54,467 bases of DNA from Desulfosarcina sp. Lineage in GTDB: Bacteria > Desulfobacterota > Desulfobacteria > Desulfobacterales > Desulfosarcinaceae. This document shows positions 21,814 through 33,017 of the stretch, one piece after another. The stretch lies in assembly GCF_041551955.1 (NCBI RefSeq), contig NZ_JBFELV010000001.1, forward strand, positions 1 to 54,467, in the 5' to 3' direction. How positions within the stretch are numbered: the stretch's first letter is position 1; each line of letters opens with the position of its first letter. The position numbers were made by a program, and so were the translations under genes. Below the pieces are notes generated by a model that was not told where the DNA came from, ran no database searches, and saw nothing but the letters and a program-made list of their open reading frames with translations.

Positions 21814-22209
21814 GTGAGTGAGGACATCCTCGAAAAAACGAAAGCGACCGGGGCTTTGTACTTTAGCGGGATCGATGGAGAAAAACCCTTCGAATTGTGG
21901 CGGGATTTTGATAAAGATCTGGGAAGAGAGCTGTCCCTTTTTATCACCGGCAGGTTGTATGCCCGGGAGAAGATTCCGCATCCGACGCGCCAACTGGTGA
22001 CGGTGGCCGTGTTGACCGTACTGTCCCGGCCGGAAGAACTCAAGCTGCACATCCAGGCTGCCTTGAATGTGGGCTGTACATCCAAGGATATTGCCGAAGT
22101 AATTTTTCAGACATTCACCTACGGTGGCATCCCTACGGTAAACACCGCTTTAAAGGTGCTCAGAGAAGTATTGATGGAAAAGGGCCAATGGCCTGTACAA
22201 GAAGAATAA
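21814..22209 (+). CDS. Carboxymuconolactone decarboxylase (CMD/AhpD-like) family protein
   Basis: RQLVTVAVL...ELKLHIQAALNVG...EVIFQ..YGGIP; GTG start after AAGGA; the longer track ORF overlaps the upstream gene. Confidence 0.85.
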   Translation: MSEDILEKTKATGALYFSGIDGEKPFELWRDFDKDLGRELSLFITGRLYAREKIPHPTRQLVTVAVLTVLSRPEELKLHIQAALNVGCTSKDIAEVIFQTFTYGGIPTVNTALKVLREVLMEKGQWPVQEE

Positions 22210-22237
22210 ACATTTAAACCGATTCGGGAGAGAAACC

Positions 22238-23971
22238 ATGAGACCGTATTTTGAGAAAATGCCGGTTTTCGGGCGAGAGATGAATGCCGGACAGATCAAG
22301 AGCGCCGAAGAAAATGTCAAGCAGATCAGAGACGTCGAAGCCCAGCTGAAAAAGGAAATGGAGAAGGTCAAACAAGCCGGTTTCTCAGAAGAAAAAATCA
22401 ATGCCCGCGGCCAGATGACGGTATGGCAGCGGCTGAACTATCTGGTGGACCCGGGTACCTGGTGCCCCTTGCACACCCTGTACAACCCGGAAGACAACGA
22501 AGAGGGCACCACCAACGTGGTGGACGGTCTCGGCAAAATTTCCGGGCGTTGGGCCGTGATCATCGGTTTCGACAACAAGGTGATGGCCGGCGCCTGGCTG
22601 CCCGGGCAATACGAAAATATCCTGCGGGTGACCGACCTTTCCAAGCGCTTGAATATTCCCCTGGTGTGGCTGGTCCACTGCAGCGGGGTGAAGCTGACGG
22701 AGCAGGAAAAATTTTACGCCGATCGGCGCGGTGGCGGCACCACTTTTTTTCGCCACGCGGAATTGAATCAGGAAGGGATTCCGATTCTGGCCGCCATCTA
22801 CGGCACCAATCCGGCCGGTGGCGGATACCAGGCGATCAGTCCGACGGTCCTGTTCGCCCACAAGGACTGCAACATGGCCGTGGGCGGCGGCGGTATCCTC
22901 AGCGGCATGTCGCCCAAGGGTTTTTTCGATGAAGAGGGGGCCGAGGCCCTGATCAATGCGGCTAAACAATTTAAAGCCAAACCACCCGGATCGGTGGATG
23001 TTCACTATGACGGAACGGGTTTTTTCAGGTATGTCTACGAGGAGGAATCCCAGGTGCTCGACGGCATCAAGGATTACATGAAGGACATCCCGGCCTATAA
23101 TCCCAAGTTTTTCCGGGTGGCCGAACCCAAAGCACCCCTTTTCCCAGCCGAGGATATATACAGCCTGATTCCCTTCAACCAGAAACAGATCTACGACTTC
23201 GACCAGGTGCTGGCCCGCATCGTCGACGGAAGCGAACATATGGAATTCAAGCCGGGTTACGGTCCCGAGATCTATACCGGCCTGGTCAAAATCGACGGTT
23301 ATCTGATGGGCGTCATCGGCAATCGCCAAGGGTGGTTGGGTGAAGGCTACCCGGAATATGCCGACTACCCCGGCATCGGGGGTAAACTCTACCGTCAGGG
23401 CCTGATCAAGATGAACGAATTCGTTACCCTGTGCGGCCGCGACCGGGTACCCATCATCTGGTTCCAGGATACGTCGGGTATCGACGTGGGCGATATCGCC
23501 GAAAAGGCCGAATTGCTGGGTCTGGGTCAGTCCTTGATCTACTCGATCCAATCCACCGACGTACCTCAACTGCTGATGGTATTGCGCAAAGGCACCGCCG
23601 CCGCCCATTATGTGATGGGTGGCCCCACGGCCAACCGCCACAACGCCCTGACCCTTGGCGTTCCCACGACGGAAATATATGTCATGCACGGGGAGACGGC
23701 TGCCGCCGCCAGTTTTTCACGACGCCTGGTCAAGGAGAAAGGGGCGGGCAAACCCCTGCAGCCGATTATTGACAAGATGAACCAGATGGCCCAGGAGTAC
23801 CACGACTATTCCCGTCCGAGCTATTGTGCCCGCAAGGGTTTTGTGGATGAGGTGGTCAAAATGTCGGAAATCAGGCGTTACCTGGCCGCCTTTGCCGGTT
23901 GTGTCTACCAGAACCCAAAATCGATCTGTCCGCAGCACCAGATGCTGACACCCCGGGTGATCAAAGGTTAA
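22238..23971 (+). CDS. gcdA: Glutaconyl-CoA decarboxylase alpha (carboxyltransferase) subunit
   Basis: Two carboxyltransferase halves; CSGVKL, GTNPAGGGY, QDTSGIDVG, RKGTAAAHY, MHGETAA, QNPKSICP. Confidence 0.88.
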   Translation: MRPYFEKMPVFGREMNAGQIKSAEENVKQIRDVEAQLKKEMEKVKQAGFSEEKINARGQMTVWQRLNYLVDPGTWCPLHTLYNPEDNEEGTTNVVDGLGKISGRWAVIIGFDNKVMAGAWLPGQYENILRVTDLSKRLNIPLVWLVHCSGVKLTEQEKFYADRRGGGTTFFRHAELNQEGIPILAAIYGTNPAGGGYQAISPTVLFAHKDCNMAVGGGGILSGMSPKGFFDEEGAEALINAAKQFKAKPPGSVDVHYDGTGFFRYVYEEESQVLDGIKDYMKDIPAYNPKFFRVAEPKAPLFPAEDIYSLIPFNQKQIYDFDQVLARIVDGSEHMEFKPGYGPEIYTGLVKIDGYLMGVIGNRQGWLGEGYPEYADYPGIGGKLYRQGLIKMNEFVTLCGRDRVPIIWFQDTSGIDVGDIAEKAELLGLGQSLIYSIQSTDVPQLLMVLRKGTAAAHYVMGGPTANRHNALTLGVPTTEIYVMHGETAAAASFSRRLVKEKGAGKPLQPIIDKMNQMAQEYHDYSRPSYCARKGFVDEVVKMSEIRRYLAAFAGCVYQNPKSICPQHQMLTPRVIKG

Positions 23972-24124
23972 GACGTGGCCTTCCGGTAATTAAAAGGTTC
24001 AGGGTAAACCTCGGCGTTACGGCGGAGAAGGATAGGACGCATCAATTGATGGGTTGAGGAATTTCGGAATTTTGGGATGGGTGGTGCGGCATCCTGCCGT
24101 GAACGAGGCACCAATGAAAAGGGC

Positions 24125-24150
24125 AACGGCCGGGGAATTTCCCGGCCGTT
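24125..24150 (-). terminator. Hairpin immediately after the tdh stop
   Basis: AACGGCCGGG-gaattt-CCCGGCCGTT between convergent gcdA and tdh. Confidence 0.65.
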
Positions 24151-25176
24151 TTACTCCCAATCCATAATTACCTTGCCCGACTGCCCCGAGCGCATTACAT
24201 CGAAAGCCTGCTGGAAACGGTCCACCCCGAACCGGTGGGTGATCACCTGCGAGATATCCAGGTTGCTCTGGAGCATACTGGTCATCTTGTACCAGGTTTC
24301 GAACATTTCACGGCCGTAAATGCCTTTGATCTTCAGTCCCTTGAGGATGATCTGCGTCAAGTCTAGCGCGACCTCGCCGGCCGGTATACCCAGAAGGGCG
24401 ATCTGACCACCATAGTTCATGGCCTGAAGCATGTCCCTGAAAGCTTGTATGTTGCCGGACATTTCCAGGCCGACATCAAATCCCTCCTTCATGCCCAATC
24501 GCTTTGCCGTGTCGGCAATGGTCGTCTGGGCGACATTGATGGCTGCGGTAGCTCCCATTCGAGCGACAATCTGCAGTCGATAGTCATTGACATCGGTGAC
24601 CACTACATGTCGGGCCCCCACATGGCGGGCGATGGCCACTGCCATGATGCCGATGGGTCCGGCGCCGGTGATCAGGATATCCTCGCCGACCAGATCGAAG
24701 GAGAGGGCGGTGTGGGCGGCATTGCCAAAGGGGTCCATGATGGCGGCAATATCGTTGTCGATGGTGTCCGGAACACGAAACACATTGGATGCCGGTACGC
24801 TGATGTACTCGGCGAAGCAGCCGGGTCGGTTGACCCCCACGCCAATGGTGTTGCGGCACAGGTGACGCTTGCCGGCGCGGCAGTTGCGGCAATGACCGCA
24901 TGTGATGTGGCCCTCAGCAGACACTCGGTCCCCCTCTTTCAGGCCCCTGACTTCGCTGCCGATTTCGGAAATGACGCCCACGAATTCGTGGCCGATGGTC
25001 ATGGGTACGGGGATTGTTTTTTGGGACCATGCATCCCAATTGTAAATATGAATATCCGTTCCGCAGATGGCGGTCTTGACCACTTTGATCAGCACGTCGT
25101 TGTGGCTGATGCTCGGGAACGGCACGTGGTCCATCCAGATCCCGGTTTCGGGTTTCAGCTTGACAATGGCTTTCAT
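24151..25176 (-). CDS. tdh: L-threonine 3-dehydrogenase
   Basis: [42 protein letters not shown]; alternative GTG start at 25185. Confidence 0.96.
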   Translation of the reverse strand: MKAIVKLKPETGIWMDHVPFPSISHNDVLIKVVKTAICGTDIHIYNWDAWSQKTIPVPMTIGHEFVGVISEIGSEVRGLKEGDRVSAEGHITCGHCRNCRAGKRHLCRNTIGVGVNRPGCFAEYISVPASNVFRVPDTIDNDIAAIMDPFGNAAHTALSFDLVGEDILITGAGPIGIMAVAIARHVGARHVVVTDVNDYRLQIVARMGATAAINVAQTTIADTAKRLGMKEGFDVGLEMSGNIQAFRDMLQAMNYGGQIALLGIPAGEVALDLTQIILKGLKIKGIYGREMFETWYKMTSMLQSNLDISQVITHRFGVDRFQQAFDVMRSGQSGKVIMDWE

Positions 25177-25206
25177 GTTTTCCACGCGATTACCTGCCTT
25201 CGTTTC

Positions 25207-26397
25207 TTAATGGATGACGTCGAGCGCTCGGCCCACCTTGATGAAGGCAGCGATTGCCCTGTCCAGGTGGTCTCGGGTATGGGCGGCGGACATTTGGGTG
25301 CGGATGCGAGCCTGGCCCTTCGGCACCACCGGGAAGCTGAATCCCACTACGTAAATGCCTTCGTCAAGCATCCGCGCCGCTAGTTTCTGAGCCAGTACCG
25401 CGTCTCCCAGCATCACCGGAATGATCGGGTGGTGGCCGGGCACCAGTGTGAATCCTGCCGCTTGCATGCCCTGCCTGAAATAGCGGCTGTTCTCTTTGAG
25501 CCGGACGAGCAAGTCCGAACGCGCCTCGAGCAGGTCCAGCACGGCGATCGACGTGGCGGTGATGACCGGTGCTAGTGAGTTGGAGAACAGGTAGGGTCGG
25601 GAGCGCTGCCGCAGCCAGGCGACGATCTCCTTGCGGCCTGAGGTGTACCCACCCGAAGCGCCGCCGAGTGCCTTGCCCAGGGTGCCGGTAAGGATATCCA
25701 CCCTATCGGACACACCGCAATACTCGGGCGTTCCCCGGCCATGATCACCGACGAAGCCGACGGCATGGGAGTCATCCACCATCACCATGGCATCATACCG
25801 GTCCGCCAAGTCGCAGATGCCTTTCAGATTGGCAATGATGCCGTCCATAGAAAAGACCCCATCCGTGGCGATGAGGCGGAAGCGGCATTCGGCAGCTGCT
25901 TTGAGCTGCAGCTCTAAATCTGCCAAGTCGTTGTTCCGGTACCGCAGGCGTCGGGCTTTGCACAGGCGGACCCCGTCGATGATGCTGGCATGGTTCAGGG
26001 CGTCACTGATCACCGCGTCGTTCTCGTCCAGCAGGGTCTCGAAAAGGCCGCCGTTGGCGTCAAAGCAGGAACTGTATAAAATGGTGTCTTCGGTTCCCAA
26101 AAAGGCGCTGATTCTGTCTTCCAGGGTTTTGTGGATGGCCTGGGTACCGCATATAAAGCGAACGGAGGACATACCAAAACCGTAGGTCGAAAGGGCCGCC
26201 TGAGCCTTTTCCACCAATTGCGGATCGTTGGACAGCCCCAGATAGTTGTTGGCGCAAAAATTGAGGACTGTTTTCCCACTGTCGACCGTAATGGCGGCTT
26301 GCTGGGCGGATGTGATCACCCGTTCATCTTTGTAGAGTCCGTTTTCTTTTAACGTGTCGATTTCACCGGCCAGGTGATCGAGCAGACGAGGGCGCAT
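25207..26397 (-). CDS. kbl: Glycine C-acetyltransferase (2-amino-3-ketobutyrate CoA ligase)
   Basis: [45 protein letters not shown]; SD GGAGG. Confidence 0.96.
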   Translation of the reverse strand: MRPRLLDHLAGEIDTLKENGLYKDERVITSAQQAAITVDSGKTVLNFCANNYLGLSNDPQLVEKAQAALSTYGFGMSSVRFICGTQAIHKTLEDRISAFLGTEDTILYSSCFDANGGLFETLLDENDAVISDALNHASIIDGVRLCKARRLRYRNNDLADLELQLKAAAECRFRLIATDGVFSMDGIIANLKGICDLADRYDAMVMVDDSHAVGFVGDHGRGTPEYCGVSDRVDILTGTLGKALGGASGGYTSGRKEIVAWLRQRSRPYLFSNSLAPVITATSIAVLDLLEARSDLLVRLKENSRYFRQGMQAAGFTLVPGHHPIIPVMLGDAVLAQKLAARMLDEGIYVVGFSFPVVPKGQARIRTQMSAAHTRDHLDRAIAAFIKVGRALDVIH

Positions 26398-26422
26398 CGT
26401 GTTGACCTCCATGGATTTTCCC

Positions 26423-27442
26423 CTAAAGTCCGGTTACCTTGTTTCTGCCTGCGTGTTTAGACCGGTACAGAGCCTGATCGGCCCGGCGGACGAAATCTTC
26501 GGCGGCTTCATCTTTCTTATATTTAGCCACGCCAAAGGAAAGCGTGAGCGTTCCCAGGATCTCACCGGTGTTCCTCTTCTTCAAGTCCAGCCGCTCAAAG
26601 GTGATGCGGATATTGTCAGCCAATGTCATCGCGCCGTCAAAGGGCGTGTCCGGCAGCAGGATGGCAAACTCTTCACCACCGATTCGGGCGGCTTGGTCCT
26701 TGCCCTTGATGGAGTCTTTGATGGTGGCAGCGACCATTCGTAGGACCTTGTCACCGACCAGGTGGCCGTGCGCGTCGTTGATTTTTTTAAAGTGATCGAT
26801 ATCGGCAATGATCAGGCAGAGCGACATATCGGAAATACTGGCGTTATTGATGGCATCTCGCAGTTTTTTTTCAAATCCCCGGCGATTGTCAATTCGGGTC
26901 AACGGGTCCTTGATCGCCTCATTGCGATAACGCACCATCTTTTTTTTCAGTTCATCGATTTCATGGGTCGCCTGCTGGAGCTGCTCCTGGAAGGATGTGC
27001 TGGAGGACTCCAGCGTTTTAATTTCACGCTTGATTTGACCGACAATCCTGTCCACACCCGCCGCTGACAGGCTGGGCGCCAGCGATTCATGGATGATCTC
27101 TAAATGGTTTCCGGACGCTGAGAAATGGTGGTTCGTGGTCTTGATCGCGATGATGATTTCGGAAAAGACTCTTTTCAATTCTTCTTGAACCAGGGTCGTT
27201 ACGGTTTCCTTACCGTTGGCGATGTGCTGGTTGAACAGCTGCCGACTGATTGCTTCGGAGAAGCCCCCGTTGCTTTCCAGATGTTTATCTATGGCCGCAT
27301 TCAGCGCTTCGTTTTTCCCGGATGCATACTCATACCAGATGCAGTAGTTCAACGGGTCGGTGGGAAGGCCATGTTTGCCGATCAGCTCCAGGGTTAGGCG
27401 CAGATACTGCCGCGAATCATCAATGGTGTCGCTGTATCGCAT
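26423..27442 (-). CDS. Cytoplasmic diguanylate cyclase (helical/coiled-coil N-terminus plus GGDEF domain)
   Basis: [33 protein letters not shown]; start uncertain (27442 or up to 27499). Confidence 0.92.
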   Translation of the reverse strand: MRYSDTIDDSRQYLRLTLELIGKHGLPTDPLNYCIWYEYASGKNEALNAAIDKHLESNGGFSEAISRQLFNQHIANGKETVTTLVQEELKRVFSEIIIAIKTTNHHFSASGNHLEIIHESLAPSLSAAGVDRIVGQIKREIKTLESSSTSFQEQLQQATHEIDELKKKMVRYRNEAIKDPLTRIDNRRGFEKKLRDAINNASISDMSLCLIIADIDHFKKINDAHGHLVGDKVLRMVAATIKDSIKGKDQAARIGGEEFAILLPDTPFDGAMTLADNIRITFERLDLKKRNTGEILGTLTLSFGVAKYKKDEAAEDFVRRADQALYRSKHAGRNKVTGL

Positions 27443-27639
27443 GGCTTGATTCTCTTTGTGCAAACCCATCGATTGCACGTCTACGGGTCGGGTCTTCAAT
27501 CATCAACCCGAGGGGCGAGATGAAAACGCCTGTACTGGGTTTCCGTTTTCGGAATATGAACCTTATGTTTAGAAGGACAGAGAAAAACTGTCAATTAAAA
27601 ATCGGTGCAGGCATCCGTTTGAGGACGGCGATAATTTGC

Positions 27640-27668
27640 TTGACCGTCACCGGCTGCCTGTGCATAAT
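27640..27668 (+). promoter_or_regulatory. sigma70-type promoter
   Basis: TTGACC-N17-CATAAT about 100 nt before the hybrid kinase start. Confidence 0.55.
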
Positions 27669-27771
27669 CGGTTGACCTGAAAGAATATTATCCATCAGAC
27701 GGTTCCGGTCCGTTGCCGTTAGTTGAGTTGCCGATGCCACTTCTTGCGGAACACATAGAGGATTACCATTC

Positions 27772-29727
27772 ATGAAAAAGAAAATACTGGTGGTCGACGA
27801 CAACCGAATGATTTTAAAATTTCTGTCTAATCTGCTGGATGGTGAAGGCCATGAAGTCAAGACCTGTGAAGACGGTCTGAGCGCATTGAGCCTGCTGACC
27901 ACCTTTGAACCGGATATCGTTTTCGTGGACTTGATTATCCCAAAGATCGGCGGAGACAAGTTGTGCCAGATCATCAGAACCATGGAACATATGAAAGATT
28001 GCTACCTGGTGATCATCTCCGCCGCCGTAGCCGAAATGGACCTGGATTTCAGGAAAATCGGCGTGAATGCCTGCATCGCCAAGGGACCCTTCGGCCAGAT
28101 GGGCAAGCATGTGCTGGCGGCCATTAAGGACTCCAATGATCCGTCAAAGGTCATTTCAGAACACGAAATTCTGGGAATAGCCTCGGTCAACGGCATTCCG
28201 GTATATGCTCGACGCATGACCAAGGAACTGCTGGGGCGCAACCGCCACCTGGAAACCATATTGGAGAGCATGAACGAGGGAATCGTCGAAGTGTATACCG
28301 GACGCGTGGTTTACGCCAACTCCGCCGCCGTGAAGCTTTTTGCCGTCCCTCAAGAAAACCTGCTGTCCGCCAAGCCCCAGGACCTGTTTGACGACGCGTC
28401 CAAGAGCCGCATCGATGTGCTGATGAATCGAGGCACTGAGAAAATGCCGGTGGTAGGGTTGACCCGACCCTTGGAACTCAACGGGCGCGAGATTGTCATT
28501 CGCAGCTTTCCGGTGAAGGGGGAAGCGGACACGACAATCTTGTTGATTACCGATGTCACCGACCAACGGGACCTGGAGTACCAGCTGCAGCATGTCCGGC
28601 GTATGGACGCTATCGGCAATCTGGCAGGAGGGATTGCCCATAACTTCAACAATCTGCTGATGGGAATCCAGGGTAATGTCTCCATTTTGATTCAGGATAA
28701 AAAGATGGGTGATCCCGGGTACGATGAACTGGCGGGGATCGAACGGTGTATCGACAGCGGTGCCAAACTGACCCGTCAGCTGCTGAGCTTTGCCAAAGGC
28801 GGACGCTATTCTTTGGATTTGGAGGATGTCAACGACATCGTTGAAAAGTCTTCCAGTATGTTTGCCCGGACCAGAAAAGAAATTCATGTCGAGCAGCACC
28901 TGGAAGAGGATCTGGTTATGGCGGAAGCGGATGCCGCCCAGATCGAGTTGGCATTGATGGATCTTTATGTCAACGCCTGGCATGCCATGTCCGGAGGGGG
29001 CACGTTATCGGTTTCTACGGCCAATATCGTCCTGGATGATTCCTTTGTCAAACCCTACAACCTGACTCCGGGAAGCTACCTGAAAATAAGCGTGACCGAT
29101 ACCGGAGCGGGGATGGATGAAAAGAATATTCAGCGGATATTCGAGCCCTTCTATACCACTCGACCGATGGGCGAGGGCACCGGCTTAGGCCTGGCCTCCG
29201 TATTCGGAATCATCAAAAAGCACAAGGGTATTATCACGGTGGACAGCCAGGTCGGCAAAGGAACCACGTTCTCGATCTATATCCCTGCGGCAAGGATTCT
29301 TCAGCGGCCCAAGGAAAAGGACAAGCCGCGGGTCATCGCTTCCGGTAAACCGCTAGAGAAAGGGTCGGGGACCATCCTCGTGGTGGACGATGAGGAATAT
29401 ATCCTCAATGCAGACAAGGCCATGCTCAATGAACTCGGATACGAAGTGCTGCTCGCCAATGGTGGAAAAGAAGCCCTTCGCATATTCGAAGAGAACAAGG
29501 ATCGTATTAACCTGTTGATCCTGGATCTGATTATGCCGGATCTGAGCGGGGAGATTGTCTATGACCGCATCAAAGTCATACGGCCGGACGTCCGCGTAAT
29601 TCTTTCCTCCGGGTACAGCATCGAGGGGCAGGCAGAATCCATTCTCAAGCGAGGGTGTGATGGCTTCATCCAAAAACCATACAACCTGAATCAACTGGCC
29701 CTGAAGATCAAGCAAATCCTTGCCTGA
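27772..29727 (+). CDS. Hybrid histidine kinase REC-PAS-HisKA-HATPase-REC (CckA-like)
   Basis: ILVVDD at both ends, AHNFNNLL H-box, DTGAGM, FEPFYTT, GTGLGL. Confidence 0.92.
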   Translation: MKKKILVVDDNRMILKFLSNLLDGEGHEVKTCEDGLSALSLLTTFEPDIVFVDLIIPKIGGDKLCQIIRTMEHMKDCYLVIISAAVAEMDLDFRKIGVNACIAKGPFGQMGKHVLAAIKDSNDPSKVISEHEILGIASVNGIPVYARRMTKELLGRNRHLETILESMNEGIVEVYTGRVVYANSAAVKLFAVPQENLLSAKPQDLFDDASKSRIDVLMNRGTEKMPVVGLTRPLELNGREIVIRSFPVKGEADTTILLITDVTDQRDLEYQLQHVRRMDAIGNLAGGIAHNFNNLLMGIQGNVSILIQDKKMGDPGYDELAGIERCIDSGAKLTRQLLSFAKGGRYSLDLEDVNDIVEKSSSMFARTRKEIHVEQHLEEDLVMAEADAAQIELALMDLYVNAWHAMSGGGTLSVSTANIVLDDSFVKPYNLTPGSYLKISVTDTGAGMDEKNIQRIFEPFYTTRPMGEGTGLGLASVFGIIKKHKGIITVDSQVGKGTTFSIYIPAARILQRPKEKDKPRVIASGKPLEKGSGTILVVDDEEYILNADKAMLNELGYEVLLANGGKEALRIFEENKDRINLLILDLIMPDLSGEIVYDRIKVIRPDVRVILSSGYSIEGQAESILKRGCDGFIQKPYNLNQLALKIKQILA

Positions 29728-29799
29728 CAGATTAACCGCCAATTACAAATAGGGTGGGTAACCCCCGGGTTGGCAGCGGGGGTCGCCGACGACGCGCGA

Positions 29800-32484
29800 A
29801 TGGCTGAGATTCTTACGGTCAACAGGTCCCGTGAACGGAAACGGGCATTTCTCAATCCAAAGAAAAGAACCCTTGCGTTGCAGCTGTCGGACAGCGTGCT
29901 CCTTTTGGGGCTTGGCGTGGCCTTTGTCTACTGGGTTTTCGCTTCCCTTATTTTCACCTTGACCGCCGAAACCGGCGCCTTCATCGACCAATTTCTCAAT
30001 CCTGGAATTAACGAGGTGTTGAGTCGGCTGCTGGTGCTGTGTTTTTTCATGATTTTCGGTTCCCACGTGGGTTACACCATCCGCCAGCGCCAGAAGGCCT
30101 ATGAGGCGTTGGCCGGCAGTGAGGAGAAGCACCGTACCATCATCGAAAACATTGAAGACGGCTATTTCGAAATGGATCGCAACGGCCAGTTTGCAATCTT
30201 CAATGATTCTTTCCGCAAGATTACCGGATACGCGGCGGAACAGCTGCAGCAGTTGGATTATCGACGGCTCCTGACCCCGGCCGAAACCGAAAAGGTGATG
30301 GGGGCCTTTGACAAGGTGAACCGGACCCATCAGGCGATTAAAGACCTGGGGTTTGTCATCGTGCGCAAGGACGGTGCCAGGCGCTGGGTGGAAACCTCCT
30401 TGTCCCCCATTACCGGTGCTAACGGGGAGACCGCAGGCTACCGGGGAATTCTTCGGGACGTCACCCGCCGGCGGCAGGCCGACGCACTGAAACAGGAAAA
30501 GATGGCTGCCGAGACCGCCAGCCGCTCCAAAAGCGAATTTCTCGCCAATATGAGCCATGAGATCCGGACGCCGCTAAATGCCATTATCGGGTTGGTGGAA
30601 CTCCTGCTGGAATCGCCCCTGACCCGCGAGCAGCGAGAGGACATCAAGGTGGTTCAATCCGCCGCCTATGCCCTGCTGTCGGTCATCAACGACATCCTCG
30701 ATTTCTCAAAAATAGAAGCGGGAAAGCTGGAACTGGAACGGTCCCCGTTCAACCTGAGGGACTTTTTGGGAGAGGCGCTCAAGATTCTGGCCGTCAAGGC
30801 CCATGAGAAAAATCTGGAGTTGGCCTACCGGGTGGCGCCCGACGTGCCGGATCGGCTGGTGGGAGACCCCCACCGGTTTCGTCAGGTGCTCCTCAACCTT
30901 ATCGGCAATGCCCTCAAGTTCACCGATTCGGGTGAAATTATCGTTTTTGCCCGATGCCGGTCCCGGGAAGGCAACCGGCTGATGCTTCACGTGGCCGTTC
31001 AGGACACGGGCGTGGGAATTGCCGCCGGCAAGCAGGTCATTATTTTCCAGGCATTCCAACAAGCAGATGGCAGCACCACTCGGAAATACGGCGGCACCGG
31101 ACTGGGGCTGGCTGTATCCGCGCAACTGGTCAATCTGATGGGAGGGCAGATCGGCGTCAAGAGCGTGCTGGGAAAAGGCAGTATTTTTCATTTCACTGTC
31201 GCCTTCGATGTGGATGCCAAGGAAACGGCCGGCGTCGAGGCGTCGAATCAGGCCGATCTGAGCGGCCTGCGAATACTGGTGGTTGACGACAATGCCACCA
31301 ACCTGAAAATATTGTGTGAGATGCTGTCCAGTTGGAAAATGTTTCCGAAACCCGCAGGTTCGGCAGCGGCGGGAGCCGCGCTGCTCAAAAAAGACGGTGC
31401 CGCTTTCGATCTGGCCCTGATCGATTCCGGTCTGCCACAGTCGGGTGCCCGGTCATTGGTCCAGCGGCTCAAGGGGGCAACCGGGCTGGCCACACGAATC
31501 ATTATGATGCTCACCACCACCAGCGACAAAGGGCCGGCCGGGTTCGATGACGCGGATATGGGCGCATCGGTGACCAAGCCCATCCGTCCTTCGGATTTGC
31601 TGGATGCCATCGTCAAGACCCTTTCCATGGAGAAGGATCCGGTTGAAAAACCGTTGGAAAGAAGCGGTTCCGGCCGGGGCGCCTCACTGCCACCGCTCCA
31701 TATTCTCGTTGCCGAAGACACACCCTTCAACCAGAAGTATATTCGGCGACTGCTGGACAGCTGGCAATGCCGGGCAACCATCGTCGACAATGGCCGGTTG
31801 GCTATCGAAGCACTGGCCGAGCAGGGTTTCGATCTGGTGCTGATGGACGTTCAGATGCCTGAGATGGACGGCCTCACCGCGACGACCAGGATCCGCGAAC
31901 AGGAAAAGCAAACCAACCGCCACGTACCCATCATCGCCATGACGGCTCACGCCATGCGCGGAGACCGGGAGCGATGCATTGAAGCCGGAATGGACGACTA
32001 TGTGTCCAAGCCCATTTCGTCTGCCACGCTTCTGGAGGCCATCTACCGGGTGGTGCCGATTCCAGCGCGTGAATCGGAATCAAACTCGGCGGGCGAACCA
32101 TCTGAATCAGAGGGTGATGCCGGCGAACGGGCCGCGCTCCTTGAGGCATTTAACAATGACGCCACCTTTTTCACAGATGTCGCCGATATGTTCATCACCG
32201 ACTATCCGCCGATGTTGGAGACCCTGAAAAAAGCCATCGCCGAGGAAGATGGCGTGTTGTTGAGCCGGACGGCCCACGCCCTGAAGGGACTGGCCGGTAA
32301 TTTTCAAATCGATGGTGCGGTGGATGCGGCCCGACAACTGGAGCTGGAGGCTGATCAGGGGCAGTTTGAAACCGCCCGAGACCTGAGCGACCGGTTGGCC
32401 GATGAACTGGCCGGGTTTGAACGGCGACTCAAACGAATGGTCGCTCGGATCTCGGAAGACGGAGGCCGGAAGACGGAAGACTGA
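29800..32484 (+). CDS. Membrane hybrid histidine kinase TM-PAS-HisKA-HATPase-REC-REC-Hpt
   Basis: Two TM segments, [27 protein letters not shown], two receivers, AHALKG Hpt motif; start approximate. Confidence 0.93.
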   Translation: MAEILTVNRSRERKRAFLNPKKRTLALQLSDSVLLLGLGVAFVYWVFASLIFTLTAETGAFIDQFLNPGINEVLSRLLVLCFFMIFGSHVGYTIRQRQKAYEALAGSEEKHRTIIENIEDGYFEMDRNGQFAIFNDSFRKITGYAAEQLQQLDYRRLLTPAETEKVMGAFDKVNRTHQAIKDLGFVIVRKDGARRWVETSLSPITGANGETAGYRGILRDVTRRRQADALKQEKMAAETASRSKSEFLANMSHEIRTPLNAIIGLVELLLESPLTREQREDIKVVQSAAYALLSVINDILDFSKIEAGKLELERSPFNLRDFLGEALKILAVKAHEKNLELAYRVAPDVPDRLVGDPHRFRQVLLNLIGNALKFTDSGEIIVFARCRSREGNRLMLHVAVQDTGVGIAAGKQVIIFQAFQQADGSTTRKYGGTGLGLAVSAQLVNLMGGQIGVKSVLGKGSIFHFTVAFDVDAKETAGVEASNQADLSGLRILVVDDNATNLKILCEMLSSWKMFPKPAGSAAAGAALLKKDGAAFDLALIDSGLPQSGARSLVQRLKGATGLATRIIMMLTTTSDKGPAGFDDADMGASVTKPIRPSDLLDAIVKTLSMEKDPVEKPLERSGSGRGASLPPLHILVAEDTPFNQKYIRRLLDSWQCRATIVDNGRLAIEALAEQGFDLVLMDVQMPEMDGLTATTRIREQEKQTNRHVPIIAMTAHAMRGDRERCIEAGMDDYVSKPISSATLLEAIYRVVPIPARESESNSAGEPSESEGDAGERAALLEAFNNDATFFTDVADMFITDYPPMLETLKKAIAEEDGVLLSRTAHALKGLAGNFQIDGAVDAARQLELEADQGQFETARDLSDRLADELAGFERRLKRMVARISEDGGRKTED

Positions 32485-32528
32485 GGGCCGATGTCCGACC
32501 GCTGACATCCGACCTCAGTCATCTGTCG
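32453..32528. repeat. Degenerate heptamer tandem repeats in head-to-head arrays
   Basis: CGGAAGA CGGAGGC CGGAAGA CGGAAGA CTGAGGG CCGATGT, then the inverted units TCCGACC GCTGACA TCCGACC TCAGTCA TCTGTCG. Confidence 0.65.
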
Positions 32529-32865
32529 GCCGCGTGTCCACGATGATGTGACGCAGCATTTTCCAAGCCCGCTGCTCCTTCAGGCGCTCTTCTGCCTCGC
32601 GAGCGTCATGATCACCGCTGCCGGTGGAATATACAATAGCCGGTCTGCCATCCGGCCTGGTAATGGTTTGAATGTCCATGGCTGGGCCCGCAGCACCGGT
32701 TTGCAGAGAGTGGACATGGATCTCGTTTTGGAGCATCATCTGGATGGTTTCTTCTGAAACACCATTTCGTTTGAGCAGCAGAATCTCTTCCACGGTCAGT
32801 GCTCCCGACGGGGCGGGCACAAGCCAGACCAGGCCGCAGATGATCAACATGCGCGTGATTTTCAT
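32515..32865 (-). CDS. Secreted hypothetical protein
   Basis: Signal-peptide-like MKITRMLIICGLVWLVPAPSGA, then LTVEEILLLKRNGVSEETI; SD AAGGTGA. Confidence 0.7.
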   Translation of the reverse strand: MKITRMLIICGLVWLVPAPSGALTVEEILLLKRNGVSEETIQMMLQNEIHVHSLQTGAAGPAMDIQTITRPDGRPAIVYSTGSGDHDAREAEERLKEQRAWKMLRHIIVDTRPTDD

Positions 32866-32888
32866 GGCGTCACCTTTTTTGATAGATC

Positions 32889-32917
32889 TTGACAGAATAA
32901 AAGCTGGTTCATAATAA
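32889..32917 (+). promoter_or_regulatory. sigma70-type promoter for the ACT/kinase unit
   Basis: TTGACA-N17-TAATAA in an AT-rich spacer. Confidence 0.45.
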
Positions 32918-33017
32918 TACCTTGATAAAAATAGCAATATTTATGACTTGGTGTCAATCGGCTGCCTTATTCCCCGACAGCCGTTGACGCTGACAACCAT
33001 ACCCCAAGGAGGCGTTC

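Noticed and set aside
24055-24078. Three octamer-like units (TGAGGAAT TTCGGAAT TTTGGGAT)
   Set aside because: Too short and degenerate, with a single occurrence in the window; cannot be distinguished from chance.
32453-32528. CRISPR array
   Set aside because: Units are 7 nt, degenerate and have no spacers. No cas genes or 25-40 nt direct repeats were seen anywhere in the window.
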